64,000 nucleotides of DNA from contig NW_015175991.1 in NCBI RefSeq assembly GCF_001447785.1, forward strand, positions 120,712 to 184,711. The letters are read 5' to 3'. The notes beneath the pieces were generated by a model. That model did no database searches. It had not been told where the DNA came from and saw nothing but the letters and a program-made list of their open reading frames with translations. The stretch's first letter is position 1; every line of letters begins with the position of its first letter. Below are positions 26,726-39,574 of this stretch, one piece after another. Position numbers and translations under genes: made by a program. Origin of the DNA: Gekko japonicus. Its lineage: Eukaryota.

Positions 26726-27589
26726 GGACCCATGTAGTACAAGCAGTTGTAATATCTGGATCAATATTTTCACTGTCTCCAGGGTTCTAGCAACTAATCA
26801 GTTTTCATTTGTTGTACATTACAGTCACTGCTTCTCTCCGCTCTCTGAATCTTGATGAGTGATTTTAACTTAATGTTGTCTGGGCCAGGGTTCCACAGAT
26901 TTTAGCTAGTTATTTGTAGCCAGCAAGACCAGGCTTTATTATTTCTTGCTCCACAGAGGCAAATAAATGCAACACATGGCAAACTAGTTTTAGAGGGTAG
27001 GAGTGCCAGACAAGGTGGTGTGTTTTGGAAGCAATCTTTTTCCTCTAATCCATGTCTTGGCATGTGATACAGCCTGCCACCACTATGAAGGAGGTACCGC
27101 TCTGCCTCTGCCCATGACTCGTGGCAGAGTACACTAGAGGCTACCCCTGTTGGTTGCAATTTGCCAACATTAAACTTTAGGTTGCTATGGGTTATTTACT
27201 TCATTTATAGTGTGCCTTTTTCGCTGAGTCTCAAGGTAGATTACAACATATAAAAACAATTCAGTCAGACAACAAAACGCCTCCAATAAACAATGCAGTA
27301 AAAGTAGAATTACGGGACTGGAAAACAGTGCAACAGTCAGCATAACAAACTGTCTAAGGCGTGGCATACCATCATACAGAAAGTGAGCTACAAAGGTAGA
27401 AGACAGTGTTGTGGGCTTCTTGAGTGTTTCATCTACTTCAATATGATTTGAGTTTTCCCTGATCTTTTCTATAGTGAATGAACTCTCTGTGTGGCCATAC
27501 AGCAATCTCTCTCTCAGCCTACCTTACCTACAGGATTGTAATGAGGAGAGAAAATGTAAATACCTTTAATGCATGGGTCAAGAATTCAG

Positions 27590-27735
27590 GTCTTGACCGA
27601 TCTCAGAAGCTAAGCTGGCTAGTATGGGAGACCTCCAAGGAATACGCAGAGGCAGGTGATGGCAAGCCACCTTAACATCCCTTGCCTTCAAGCCCCACTA
27701 GGGGTTGCCAGAAGACAGCTTGATTTGATGGCAAA
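27590..27735 (+). mobile_element. 5S rRNA-derived SINE remnant (5S-Sauria-like)
   Basis: gatctcagaagctaagc...atgggagacc...ggaatac resembles the 5S rRNA internal promoter, joined to a BovB/Sauria-type 3' end (ggcaagccacc...ggggttgcca...ttgatggca). Confidence 0.65.
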
Positions 27736-27794
27736 AAAAGCAACAACAACAAAACAAACCCAAAAACACAAGAATTTAGAACTGATATTGTCAG

Positions 27795-27978
27795 CATTGT
27801 TCCCTCTAAGCTGAGTTAGTGTGAGCTAGCTCACAGTTTTTTAGCCTCCGGCTCACAGTTTTTTGTCTTAGTTCAGGAAGGATGGCTCCAGAGCAAACTA
27901 ATATATGCAGTAGCCACATCACTCGCTCACAAAGTAGAATTTTTGCTCACACGACTGCATAGCTTAGAGGGAACATTG
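27795..27978 (-). mobile_element. hAT-type MITE (copy 3, inverted)
   Basis: Reverse complement of 8265-8471; exact 8-bp TSD ATTGTCAG (27787-27794, 27979-27986). Confidence 0.92.
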
Positions 27979-28021
27979 ATTGTCAGTCTAGCATTAATAG
28001 TTCTTCCCTTTCTTTTTGTAG

Positions 28022-28111
28022 CTCTCAGGATGCCTCCCTGCCCCTGAAGGATACTCACCAACTCTGAAATGGCAACAACAACAAGTGGCTCACTTTTCAG
28101 CCATTCGCCAG
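28022..28111 (+). CDS. GEMIN2: GEMIN2 exon 3
   Basis: AG/GT flanks; [30 protein letters not shown]. Confidence 0.96.
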
Positions 28112-29069
28112 GTGACTACTGCACGTGCACAGAAATCCAGCAATCTTATATGGTGTTTTTTCTTGTCCAGGCTTGCAGCAGTTCTTACTTGGGAAGGTCC
28201 TGATCGCATAGTACCCATTTTCAGGAGAGTTTACTGCAGTGCCAGATCCAAAAGGCATTACATTCTCAGTTAGACTAATTTTTCAGAGACTTCTTTTAAT
28301 GGAAAGAGTCCTATTGTGGCCTAAACTTTTGTCCTCTGAAAAATTATTTAAAAATTAGCACTTATGTCTGTCACTCATCATTTTGTTTTTTTTCCCTTGA
28401 AGATTTTATGCAAATAAGGCTTTGGGCACATTCATTTCTATTTTTGCTTAATATTGCAAAACTAGTAAAATTATGTGACAACAGGGCCCTCATCATCTGC
28501 AGAGGCAGTCTTCCACTGCAGAGTACATTCTTCTTGCGCTAGCCACTTCTTGGCTCCTTAAAAGACAGTGTCGCATGAGTGGAAGTGCACCCTGCAATAA
28601 AGCACTGCCTCAGAAGTGGTCAAAGAGGCCTGCAAATCCAAAGAAAGTATAGGATGCAGGCCTACACCCATCACTTGAGGGAGGAAATCTGCGTTGTTGC
28701 GTTACACATGATGTTGATGAAGTTAGGTAATTCATTAAATCTTCATAAATTTGCATCTGAGTATAAACAGTTCTGGGGGGGAAAGGCTTGATTTTGTTTT
28801 TAGGTAATCTATTACAACCTAATCTATTACAAACAGTCTTTGTGTATGACAGTGAAGGGAATGCCTTTTCTCATTTGTTGTTTGCCATCTGCAACTTATA
28901 TAAGTATCAGTATTTTTAAAAAATCAGATTTTCAAATATCTGCTTGATTAAATGGGGGCAACTTTTCAGTTGGTCAGAAGGCTTTTAATCACTTGATCTG
29001 AATAACTGGACTAAACACAGCAGCTGTAGTAAAAAGTTCATATGAGATTTTACTTTTTCAATTTTCCAG

Positions 29070-29129
29070 AGTGTGTACAAACACAGGGACCACTGGAAAT
29101 CCCAGCATTTGGACAGTAATGTTACGATG
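29070..29129 (+). CDS. GEMIN2: GEMIN2 exon 4
   Basis: AG/GT flanks; SVYKHRDHWKSQHLDSNVTM. Confidence 0.95.
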
Positions 29130-29402
29130 GTGAGTAAAATTTACATTGTAATCCTGATTGGCGGATCATTTGCTCCAGAATACTGCAGAGCAAGCTGTCT
29201 GAGGACTACAGCCTTTTGGGTCACCTTTCTTTTTCTCTTCTCATTGAGTGATGTTGAGATAGACAACAGGGCAGTGCCTTGTTATTAACTAAAAGTGTAG
29301 GATTAGCATTTGTGTTTGAGTGCACTCTGTAATCTTAGGGAGGCACAATATTTTTGTTTTATTAAAACAGAGAAAATAATCTTGTTTGCTTGGTTTCCTC
29401 AG

Positions 29403-29516
29403 CCCACATCAGATGACGAAGAAGGCTGGAAAAGGTTTTGTCTGGGTGAAACGTTGTATTTAAATACAGGTGTTAAAGTATACAGTGATGAAAATCAAGG
29501 AATTGATTACATACAG
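29403..29516 (+). CDS. GEMIN2: GEMIN2 exon 5
   Basis: AG/GT flanks; PTSDDEEGWKRFCLGE...GIDYIQ. Confidence 0.95.
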
Positions 29517-29628
29517 GTGGGTAGAAAGCACAAAGATAAAAGTTGATAACCTGTACATTTGCAATTACTTTATATTTCCTATAAATACTTTAGTTTTTTA
29601 CGTATTCTGATGGCTTTCCCCACCCCAG

Positions 29629-29673
29629 GTTGGCTTTCCTCCATTGCTGAGCATTGTTAGCAGAATGAATCAG
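29629..29673 (+). CDS. GEMIN2: GEMIN2 exon 6
   Basis: AG/GT flanks; VGFPPLLSIVSRMNQ. Confidence 0.95.
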
Positions 29674-30079
29674 GTATCTCTTACTACTGTCATTCTTGAG
29701 TGGGGTTGGTGGTGAGTTTTTTGTAGATGTGCTGTTAGTTATTTATACTTCCTTCCATAAGGGTAACCTGGTGCATGTGACAGCACCCCATGAGCCCTGA
29801 ACACACTGGCCCTGCCTCCATATGACAGACAAGTCAGCTGCTCAAACTCTCTCTCCAGGCTGATCATTGGGGAAGGAGAGTTCACGCAGCCACTTCCTTG
29901 GTGCAGTTGCCCCTGCGGATGATCAGGAAGTCGCATGGAGGCAGGGGGTGGGGCCAGCAGGCTCACTCTCCCTCCTTGTGTGTTCAGTGAATGCGTGATG
30001 GTTCTTACCAAATGAAACAGCATCATACAGATAGCTTGCTGAAAGTTATACTGTACCTGGACCCACAGTGTAATTATAA

Positions 30080-30960
30080 TTTATTTGTTTATTTATTTAT
30101 TGCCCAATCCCTGCTTTTGCCAGGCTCTGGGTCATGTACGGTATCCATAAAAGACAACCAGATAAAACCGTTAAAATATTAATAACACATATCCGAAGAA
30201 AAGAGATGGCAAATACTGATTAATCCGATTTCAGACTGCCGGCTACTTTGCAGGCAGGGGGGAAGATAAACAGCAGGAGGAATGAGAAAGTGTGCCAGCC
30301 AAGAAAGAAACCATTGCTGTCCTCAACCAAAAGCCTGGTGGAACATCTTTGCCTTACAGGGCCTGCAGAATTGCATAAGGTCCCACAGGGCCCTGGTGGT
30401 ATTTGGCAGAATAGCAGCAGGTGGGGCCAGGACCAAAAAAGCCCTGGTGAAGGACAGCTGGATATCTTTAGGGCCAGGGACCGGCAGCAAGTTGTTATCT
30501 GAGGAGCGTAACACTCTCCCAGGGACATAACGGAGGAGACGGTCCCTAGGTACATTGGTCCCTGACCACTCAAGGCCTTATAAGTCAATACCAAAACCTT
30601 GAACTTGACTTGGTATTCAACTGGGAGCCAGTGTAGCTGGTGCAGCACCGGATGGATATGTGCCGTCCGTGATGTTCCCATCAGGACTTGCGCCGCCACA
30701 TTCTGAATCAGTTGGTGCTTCCGGGTCAGTTTCAAGGGCAGGCCAGTGTAAAGTGAATTACAGTAATCTAGTCTGGAGGTGACCTTTGCATGGATTACTG
30801 TGACCAGGTTGGGGTGTGACAGGAAGGGGGCCAATTGCCAAGCCTGGCATAGATGAAAAAATATCAATCTGGCAATATGTGTGACCTGGACCTTCATATT
30901 CAAGGAAGAGTCCAAGATCACTCCCAAACTCCTGATGGATTGTGCCGATGTCAGCAGCGC
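30080..30960 (-). mobile_element. L2 LINE 3' fragment
   Basis: Minus-strand ORF GVILDSSL..VTSRLDYCNSLY.GLP..QLIQN.AA..LHWLPV..FKVLVLTYKAL; (TAAA)n tail near 30080-30100. Confidence 0.88.
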
Positions 30961-31401
30961 TCCATCAAGATCAGGCAGCCTATATCCCGACCCAGATGCT
31001 CTCCCCCAGCCACAGGACCCACAGGCCTTCGAACCATAGCATGGGCCTCAGATTTAACCCAAATGCTCTCTATATTTGTATGCATATAAGAATATTTGTC
31101 ACTTATAGTCTGATCCTCCTATTTGTGGAACAGTGGAAAAAATGTTTAGGGCACACTGTGCCAGCTGCTACCTCATAGCATCACAAAATATGAAGCTGCA
31201 TTGATATCACATAGTTGCTTTGCATGTGAACTTAAGCCATGGTTGCCATTGATTTAAACATCTGGTTTCTGGATTATATCTAATGTTTCATGAAACATCA
31301 GGTGCAAGTGTACTTCTTGTTTGGTAATGCAATGCAAGGACTATAAGGAGGCACCATATAGAGGGTTGTTTTTCATAGCTGCTTCTCTTCCTTCTTAAAA
31401 G

Positions 31402-31470
31402 GCAACAGTAACCAGTGTCTTGGAATATCTAATAAACTGGTTTGCAGAGAAGGAATTTACTTCAGAACTG
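31402..31470 (+). CDS. GEMIN2: GEMIN2 exon 7
   Basis: AG/GT flanks; ATVTSVLEYLINWFAEKEFTSEL. Confidence 0.95.
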
Positions 31471-31984
31471 GTAACTTTTATTTCTTCTGTTCATTTTGAA
31501 AAGCAGACAAGAAAACTGTCCCTCTTGAAGCTTAGCAGAAGGAAAAACAGAAATATTTAATGACTGGTTTTGTTACTACATCCCTACCCAGACCAGTTGA
31601 GCATCAGCAAGATTACTGTACCACAGGCCTTCCAACCGTAGCGTGGGGCCCAGATGCACATTCAGTCAGTCCAGGGTCTCTTTTAGTGAAATGCCTGCTT
31701 AGCCATTAGTAGAACTATGCCCCTATTATATGGCCTTCTCAACAATACGCTTTTCTGAATCTCAGTTTTCTGCATCCCAGGGATGGTCCTTCTCTACAGA
31801 TAGAATGATTGCCTGAACTTATAGAAACCTAAGTAGATACTGTAGACTCCAAAAATGAAACCTAAATCTTTTAGTATTAACACAGCAGTTACAAAGACAG
31901 AACCTGCATGCTCTATGTCTGCTGTTCAAAACCTTGTGCACAACCCAGCTTGCCTGGATAGGTGCATGTTACAGGCTAAATTAG

Positions 31985-32200
31985 ACTTATTTTTAAAATA
32001 TTTATACCTTGCTTTTCTCCCCAATGGGGACCGAAAAAAGCTTACAGCATTGTTCCCCCTCCCCTCCATTTTATCTTCACGACAACCCTGTGAGATAGTT
32101 TAGGCTCAGTGACTGGCTGAAGGTCACCCAGCAAGCTTCCATGGCAGAGTGGGGATCTGAATTTAGCTCTCCCAGACCCCAGTCCAGTATTTTAACCAGT
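31985..32200 (-). mobile_element. tRNA-derived squamate SINE, reverse orientation
   Basis: cttttctccccaatgggga...ctccattttatcttcacgacaaccctgtgag...ttccatggcagagtgggga. Confidence 0.72.
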
Positions 32201-32393
32201 ACACAATCTTGTGCATGTCTGTTTGACATGGACTTAAGAAACAATCATTTATATTCAGGCTGGTTAACCTGTAGACCTGGGATCAGGACATTTATGGGCA
32301 TATGTTAAAAATGGCTTTCCCCCACTTTGCTTGGATGAAGTACCAGTAGTGAAACATTACTTTCAGGATGCACCTTCCATTAAATTCCTGTAG

Positions 32394-32504
32394 GGCAGAT
32401 GGCTTTATGCTTTGCTGGCCTGTCTTGAAAAACCATTGTTACCAGAGGCTCACTCCCTGATTCGGCAATTGGCCAGAAGATGCTCTGAAGTGAGAGTTTT
32501 GGAG
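32394..32504 (+). CDS. GEMIN2: GEMIN2 exon 8
   Basis: AG/GT flanks; [37 protein letters not shown]. Confidence 0.97.
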
Positions 32505-32908
32505 GTAAGCTGACTCTACAAATTATTGAATAAAAATTATTTAGAAAATATTCTCTTGCGTGTGCGTGTCATTCCATTCAGTTATCTGGTTCCTGGTTTG
32601 TTTTCCATTATACCATCTGAAAGTGACAGTTCAGAACCTAACAAAAAGCATTCCAAGTACTCACTGTGATCTGTGATTGACGTTCACAGAATGTTAAATG
32701 TATCAGGTTCAGTTTTCTGAATATCCAAAAACTGGTATTTCACCATTTTATGCACCAGTGAATACTGACGGTCATATTTAAGTGGCCGCTGTTTACTAGC
32801 TTATCTTTGGGGTTTTGGACATTTGCCAGATTTGTTCAGAATTGTGAATGTTGACATTCCCTAAACTTCAGATGTATGCTGCATTAATTCTGCTTTACTC
32901 TGTTGTAG

Positions 32909-32967
32909 GAGAACAAGAATGAAGAAAGAGTATCTGCTCTGAACTTGTTAATTTGTTTAGTTGGCAG
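32909..32967 (+). CDS. GEMIN2: GEMIN2 exon 9
   Basis: AG/GT flanks; ENKNEERVSALNLLICLVGR. Confidence 0.95.
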
Positions 32968-33658
32968 GTATGACAGATATCTTATCTATTGAGTTGGCTC
33001 TTTAAGAAACTGCATGTGCTGTTCAGACTCGCTGTTTTCCTCAGTAACTTGTCTAGCAGAACTGGCTTGGGCCTTTGATTTGACTGCTTGTTCAATTACT
33101 TTCTAAAGTTTTAAGAAACAGAATCCAGTCATTATTAGGCTGTGATCCAAAGTAACATGGATGATTTTGGGAAGGTTATGATAAGCATCATGCACCAATA
33201 AGCAGCAGCAGCAGCAACACTATAGAATCCTTGAGCAGTCTTCCTCTTGCATTAGAGATCATGTATTTTGATCCCTGAGCAAGAGTGTGCTGTAAATTGG
33301 GCAAGAGAATCTCACCATGGAATTTAATTACTATAGAATTCACCACTTTTCTCTTTCACACGCTAGAGACTCTTATATTGCCAAAGCAAGGTATTTTGTT
33401 GTTTTAATGCTGTGTCTAGTAAAACCACCTGTATGCTTCGCTTCTGCTCAAGCTTTCTGGCCTTCTGTCTAGTCCTGAACTTCCCTGGCTGTTTTTATTG
33501 AAGACAATCAAATATATTGTAGTTTTGTCCCTTCCTTAATACACCATTGTTCAGTTGACAGTAGATATTTGTTACATCTCCAGCATATTCAAGTCTTAGA
33601 TTTAAGGGGTATTTTTTCCTATTCTTTCTATTTTCATGACTTTTATTCTCCCCTCCAG

Positions 33659-33698
33659 GTACTTTGACCAGCATGATCTGGCCGATGAGCCAGCTTGA
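33659..33698 (+). CDS. GEMIN2: GEMIN2 exon 10 (last coding exon)
   Basis: ccAG|g tac ttt gac cag cat gat ctg gcc gat gag cca gct TGA; YFDQHDLADEPA*. Confidence 0.95.
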
Positions 33699-34379
33699 TA
33701 AAGTTTGGAGAGCAAAGAAGCATGGCCTATCATAATAACTGTGAGGGAATGCCATGCCAATATACTCAGTCAGCTCCTATATGACTTAAGGGTGAAGAAC
33801 TGCAGCTGTGCCCTACCTTCCAGTATGACCTTGCTGGATTGTAAGAACAGTAATTCAAAGTGATTTTAGCAACAGTTGTGGTCAACTCAACTTGAAAGAT
33901 GTCAACAGCAGGGCGCCTGAACACTTTGTCAACTTCTTTGCCGGCAAACTGCTGTGAGACCTGTATCCAAACTGCAAGCTCATCCTAATCAAACCATGGA
34001 GCAAGACTGTTGAACTTGTTTTAAAAACCCAGCAGGTTTTTAAAAATCAGATCTGTACAGATTTTCCCCTTCCCCCATCAGTTAATGTAAAGTTGTATCG
34101 GTCCTTTTTCAGTTTTACATTAAAGGTTTTTTTAATTGTCTTGAATTATAAATCTGAGCATTTTGAGGTCTGTTAAGTCTTTGTACTGGCCCATGCTGTT
34201 AAAATGGCTAAAAATAGTTCATAACATGAGCTAGTCAACCCACATAAATTCTAGTCAGATAACAGATCTTCCAAAGTTCATGATGTGTACTCAGGTTTGT
34301 TTCCAACTGACTAAATGTCTAACCCTCCCCCACCTCCCTAATTAATGTTGCTATAGTTAAACAGATTAACCACTTTAGT

Positions 34380-36467
34380 CCCTTGGATGACCCAGGGGTA
34401 AAAGAAGTACTGAAGGATAGGAAAATGGCTGAGAAGCTGAATGCATTTTTTGCCTCTGTCTTCACTGTGGAAGATGAGAAGTACTTGCCCACTCCAGAAC
34501 CACTGATTTCGGAAGAGGTGTTGAGAGACCTGAGTCAGATTGAGGTGATGAGAGAGGAGGTCCTACGACTGATAGACAACTTAAAAACTGATAAATCACC
34601 AGGCCCAGATGGCATACATCCTCCAGGAAATTACAGGCCAGTCAGTTTGACGTCGATACTGAGTAAATTGGTGGAAACTTATTAAGGAAAGAATTAGTAA
34701 GCACATTGATGAACAAAAACTATTGAGGCAGACTCAGCATGGGTTCTGTAAGGGAAGATCTTGTCTCACTAACCTGTTAGTGTTCTTTAAGGGGGTGAAC
34801 AAACATGTGGACAAGGGGGACCCAATTGATGTTGTTTACCTTGACTTCCAGAAAGCTTTTGATAAAATTCCTCATCAAAGGCTCCTAAGTAAACTCAATA
34901 GTCATGGGATAAGAGGACAAGTGCTCTTGTGGATCAAAAACTGACTAATTAATAGGAAACAGAGAGTGAGTATAAATGGGCAATTTTCTCAGTGGAGGGT
35001 GAGCAGTGGGATACCACAGGGATCAGTACTGGGTCCAATGCTCCCCTCTGTCATGGGATATTGTACACTGTGGGTCATCCTACTAGCTATTTTCACCAAC
35101 TTCAGACTCCAGTGTTACATAGAACCTTTTCACTTGCCAGGTTCAGTGCTCTCCCCTCAGCGATCTTAACTGGGAGGTTTAATAGTATCCCTTTTTAAAC
35201 AGACTATGCCCCTGTGCAAGTGGGTCTGTTGAAACGATGTCTCACAAGTTATTGGAATGACATTACTATGCCAATATTCGACAGCGCATTTTATCGTCAT
35301 TACTTGGTGGTATCAGAGAGCTTCTTGACTCACACAAATTGCTCTACTTGCTAAACAGCGATGATGAAAATATAACCATTTCTGTGGCAGAGCTCTTGCA
35401 GACTGCTCTTTTTTATTCATAGTACAATATTGTAATACAAAACTTGTTTTCAGGAGATATGAAATTGAGACTATTTTATATTGATTTTAGACTATCTTAG
35501 AACATTTTTCCCTCTTTGATTAGTATCCGTTCTTTACCTTAACTTTTGTGTATTACTCTTTTTAATGTCAATGCCTGTAAAGGTAATTGAATTGATTTGG
35601 AATTGGGAGTAAGCAGTGAAGTGGCTAAATTTGCGGATGACACAAAGTTGTTCAGGGTGGTGAAAACCAGGGAGGATTGTGAGGCACTCCAAAGGGACCT
35701 GCTGAGGTTGGGTGAGTGGGCATCAACGTGGCAAATGGGGTTCAATGTGGACAAGTGCAAAGTGATGCACACTGTGGCCAAAAATACTAACTACAAATAC
35801 ACGTTGATGGGGTCTGAACTGGCGAAGACTGACCAAGAGAGAGATCTTGGGAGTTGTAGTAGATAACTCACTGAAAATGTCGAGACAGTGTGCGACTGCA
35901 AAAAAAAAAGACCAACGCTATGCTGGAGATTATTAGGAAGGGAATTGAAAACAAAACAGCCAGTATCATAATGCCCCTGTATAAATCAATGGTGCAACCT
36001 CATTTGGAATACTGTGTACAGTTCTGGTCACCACACCTCAAAAAGGACATTATAGCATTGGAAAAAGTGCAGAAAAGGGCAACTTGAATGATAAAAGAGT
36101 TGGAACACTTTCCCTATGAAGAAAGGTTAAAGTGCTTGGGGCTCTTTAGCTTGGAGAAATAATAAGGGGTGACATGATTGAGGTTTACCAGATTATGCAT
36201 GGGATAGTGCACGTAGAGAAAACTACTTTTCTCCCTTTCTCACAATACAAGAACTCGTGGGCACTCAATGAAATTGCTGAGCAGTTGGGTTCAAACAGAA
36301 GGGTTCACTTGTTTCCTGGGGGCTGGGGGGGGGGGCAACAGTGGACGGGCTTCTAGTGTCCCGGCCCCACTTATGGACCTCCTGATGGCAGTTTTGGCCA
36401 CTGTGTGATACAGAGTGTTGGACTGGATGGGCCATTGGCCTGATCCAACATTGGCTTATGTTCTTAT
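34380..36467 (+). mobile_element. CR1 LINE, 5'-truncated, between the convergent GEMIN2 and TRAPPC6B
   Basis: KSPGPDGIHP, NYRPVSLTS, QHGFCKGRSCLTNL, YLDFQKAFDK, PQGSVLGP, KFADDTKL, HLEYCVQFWSP and a CR1 3' end; internal deletion after GIHP; interrupted at 35046-35593. Confidence 0.92.
35046..35593 (+). mobile_element. Non-LTR retrotransposon 3' fragment (RTEX-like) nested in the CR1
   Basis: Translates to FSLARFSALPSAILTGRF..RLCPC..GSVET..H (decayed C-terminal zinc knuckle) and ends in aaaggtaattgaattga; clade assignment is tentative. Confidence 0.55.
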
Positions 36468-36482
36468 AATCTGATTTGAGAG

Positions 36483-36630
36483 AGCTGTGTTAGTCTCCAG
36501 CAGCAAAAGTAAACTAGAGAATATTGTAGCCTCTAAAAACCCACAAAGAACTAGAGTCCACTTCTTCAGATGCAATAAGCGGATCCCACGTTGCATCTGA
36601 AGTGAGCCCTTATCCATGAAAGTTTATTTA
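36483..36630. mobile_element. Short palindromic Penelope-derived repeat
   Basis: agctgtgttagtct start; central inversion cacttcttcagatgcaa / ttgcatctgaagtg. Confidence 0.55.
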
Positions 36631-37510
36631 TAATGTAGCTTGGGACATCCCATACATTTGCAACCAATGCATAGCCTTACCAATGCATTGCAACCAATGC
36701 ATTCACAGACCATTTAAGGGGATATTTTGCCCCATTTCAGATCAGGCCAGAAGGTTTATAAACACTTAGTATGATATTTCAGTATATACAGCCTGCTCTA
36801 GCTTTTCAAGACAAAATATATTAGTCAATTTACAACATAACTGGGGGTTATCTATATATAATCTGTTGTGCATTGCTAAAGGCAGAAGACTGCAGTGCCA
36901 TTCATTTTTACAGAAAAGTCACATTAAGAATTCTACCCTGGCTTTTAAGGCCTGGGAAAATTCCAGTACATACAAACATAGAATATACATGGTTCTTCTG
37001 AAAATTCTGTATGAATAAAGCAGGACTCTCACCAAAGAATCCACTTGGGGGAGGGGGTGTTGATGATTGCCCTCAATTATCTTCCCACATCCTGAAAAAG
37101 ACTGTTGCCAGGCTATCTCATTGTATACATAGAAACTTGGGTGCATACCATAACATTAAAAAAGAACATCAGCAACTTCATAGAACCTTAGAATGTGGTT
37201 AGCTGTTAGCTCAGAGATTTTGTGTGTTTATAAGGCCACTCAGAATAAATTCTGCATTGCTAGACCAAACCAACAAATCAGATAGTCAAACTTTGTATTT
37301 AATCGGGGATCCGATTGACATACTTGTATTTCCCAGAAACATGCATAAATGGGACATTACTAAAAAACTGCAACAGTCATCTGATAACTATCATGTTATG
37401 TTTGGCAAAACGTTTCACATAGACACAGGACATTTGCATTAAACTGCAATTATAAATAAAATATACAATTTCAAGATATTACAGGGCAGGTGTTTTCTTC
37501 TATACATTTT

Positions 37511-37542
37511 CTAAATCTTCTGTATCATCACCTGAAATTTAC
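37511..37542 (-). CDS. TRAPPC6B: TRAPPC6B exon 6 (last coding exon)
   Basis: Minus strand AG|gt aaa ttt cag gtg atg ata cag aag att TAG; CKFQVMIQKI*. Confidence 0.93.
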
Positions 37543-38656
37543 CTGTCAAAAAACAAAAGAGAAGGAATGTATAAAGTATCTACCTTACTTAGCTGAAGCA
37601 ACTATTAACCTAGTTCAAAAAACGCAGTTGCCTGAGTCTATACTATTCTCTTGTACAATGCATCCAGCCATATTTAAACAAATCTGAGTTGGTTACACCT
37701 TCTGCCAACCTTAAGCAGAGTTATACCCTTCTAGGTCTACTGAAGTCAATGGACTTGAAAGGGTATAATTCTGCTTACAACTGCATAGCTGGTGATTAGA
37801 ATGTCAGAAATTCATGTTCAAATTTCCACACTGCAATGGAAACTTAATGGGTGACAACCTGTCACTCACTTTCAGCCGAAACTACCTTACAGGATTGCTG
37901 TAAAGATAAAATGGAGGTGGGAAAATGTAAAGTCCTTTGGGTACCCAGAGGGACAAAAATAGAGTATAATAATAATAGCATGCTTTCAAGTTGCAATAAG
38001 CAAACCATGGGGCTTTCAATGCAAAAGATAAGCAGAAGTGGTCTGCCATTGCCTTTCTCTGCATAGCAACCCGAGAGAGGCTTCAGGTTTCAGGCAATTA
38101 CAATGGAAAATACAGCATCTGATAATAATGCAGTGCATAAAGTCTCTAACTGATTTGTGAGAGGGCAAAGAAACCCCAGCAGCCCCTCCAGCATTCCAAA
38201 AACTATAGCCATATTAAATTGGCTCAAATGAGATCTGTGTATTGGGTTTAGAAATGTCTGGGGACCTAGGGCAAAGTCTGGTCCTTTTAACCCTGTAGAG
38301 CTGAACTGGAAATCTACAAAAAACATGGTATGCACTGCTTTCCTCTCTGGAATTCATCACTTTCAAAGCTGGATTTATGCACAAAATAAGTAAGCTACAG
38401 TTAAGGGTCTTATGAGGGGCCTTTAAATACAAACAAATTACATGGGAGGGGAAGGCTTCTAGACAGGGCCTCAGTAGATCTTAATCCAGCCTTGATTGCT
38501 TTTGTTAGTCTTTGTAACACTCTTAAGAGCAACAGTTTTACAGCCGCTGATAATCACTGACCTCACTTGATATAAAGAATGCACTGAGGAACAATTTCTT
38601 TACATTACATCACACCTATATGTACCATTTTTCTCTCAGATACAAAGTGAACTTAC

Positions 38657-38750
38657 ATGCAGGCATTGCTGAAACTTCCGCTGTCACGATACTCTTTATT
38701 CCCAAATTTGATAAAGCACCTCTGATCAATCCACAAGTAAATGCCAAATA
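38657..38750 (-). CDS. TRAPPC6B: TRAPPC6B exon 5
   Basis: YLAFTCGLIRGALSNLGIKSIVTAEVSAMPA; canonical splice sites. Confidence 0.96.
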
Positions 38751-39574
38751 CTGAAATGTAATAATACGAAAAGAAAGAACAGCTAAACAGGACTACATTT
38801 TTGCTTATTAAGGTCAGGACACACCATGTCTCCTATCCATACATATGCCAGCCTCAAAAGTGTAGACTGAATCACGTAACAATCTTGTCACACATGTAAG
38901 TAGTGCAGACAGAGGGCCAATAAGCATATCAGTCTTCTTATTAATACAAAGATATGAACCCAGCTATATCAAATAGGACAAGCTATGTAAAGTATACTTC
39001 CCTTCCAATATTCATCTCCCTAACTTGCAATAAAATATTTCCATATAGCATGCCCACAGATACGAAAATCATTTTAAAAAATTCTGTTAGCTTATTTCTA
39101 TTCATATCTTTTTTAAAAAAAATCTTAACAAGACCACTTCTGCCCTTTCCAGTTTTGTAAAGAACGCTCTGCAGGCATTCATTGTTGTTCATTACATAAG
39201 GGGGGGGGCACCATTCTTGTGGCACCCTCCTCCCCATATATACAGATCTGTAGACACAAATGCATGCAAGTCAGGACAGCTATTGTGTCCCCCCACCACC
39301 ACGTGGCAGAATTATAAGCAAGACAGGGCAGTTCTGTACTGCAGCCTGAATTGTCTTAGGCTTCCCTATTTGGTTCTCTCCCATAAGACATGGCAGGAGG
39401 CTCTTCAGCCTGACAATGCACCTGGCCACTCTGCTCTAAAAAAATTGTTTACATTTCTGAGTTCCAGCCAGGAAGTTAAAACATCTAGATGGGCCTTGAC
39501 AGGGATAACTCCAGTCAGAATCTTCTCGTCAGAAAGGGGAAGAGTCTGGGCTTCATCAGGACCATCCGATTACT

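Noticed and set aside
27590-27650. Possible 5S rRNA gene
   Set aside because: Partial, diverged and fused to a LINE-type tail; it is a SINE, not a functional rRNA gene.
29674-29682. GTATCT donors (GEMIN2 intron 6, PNN intron 5) as possible U12 introns
   Set aside because: They do not match the U12 consensus GTATCCTT.
37707-37787. ~80-bp imperfect hairpin as a candidate miRNA
   Set aside because: Related copies at ~44170-44275 and ~45272-45346 indicate a dispersed small palindromic MITE.
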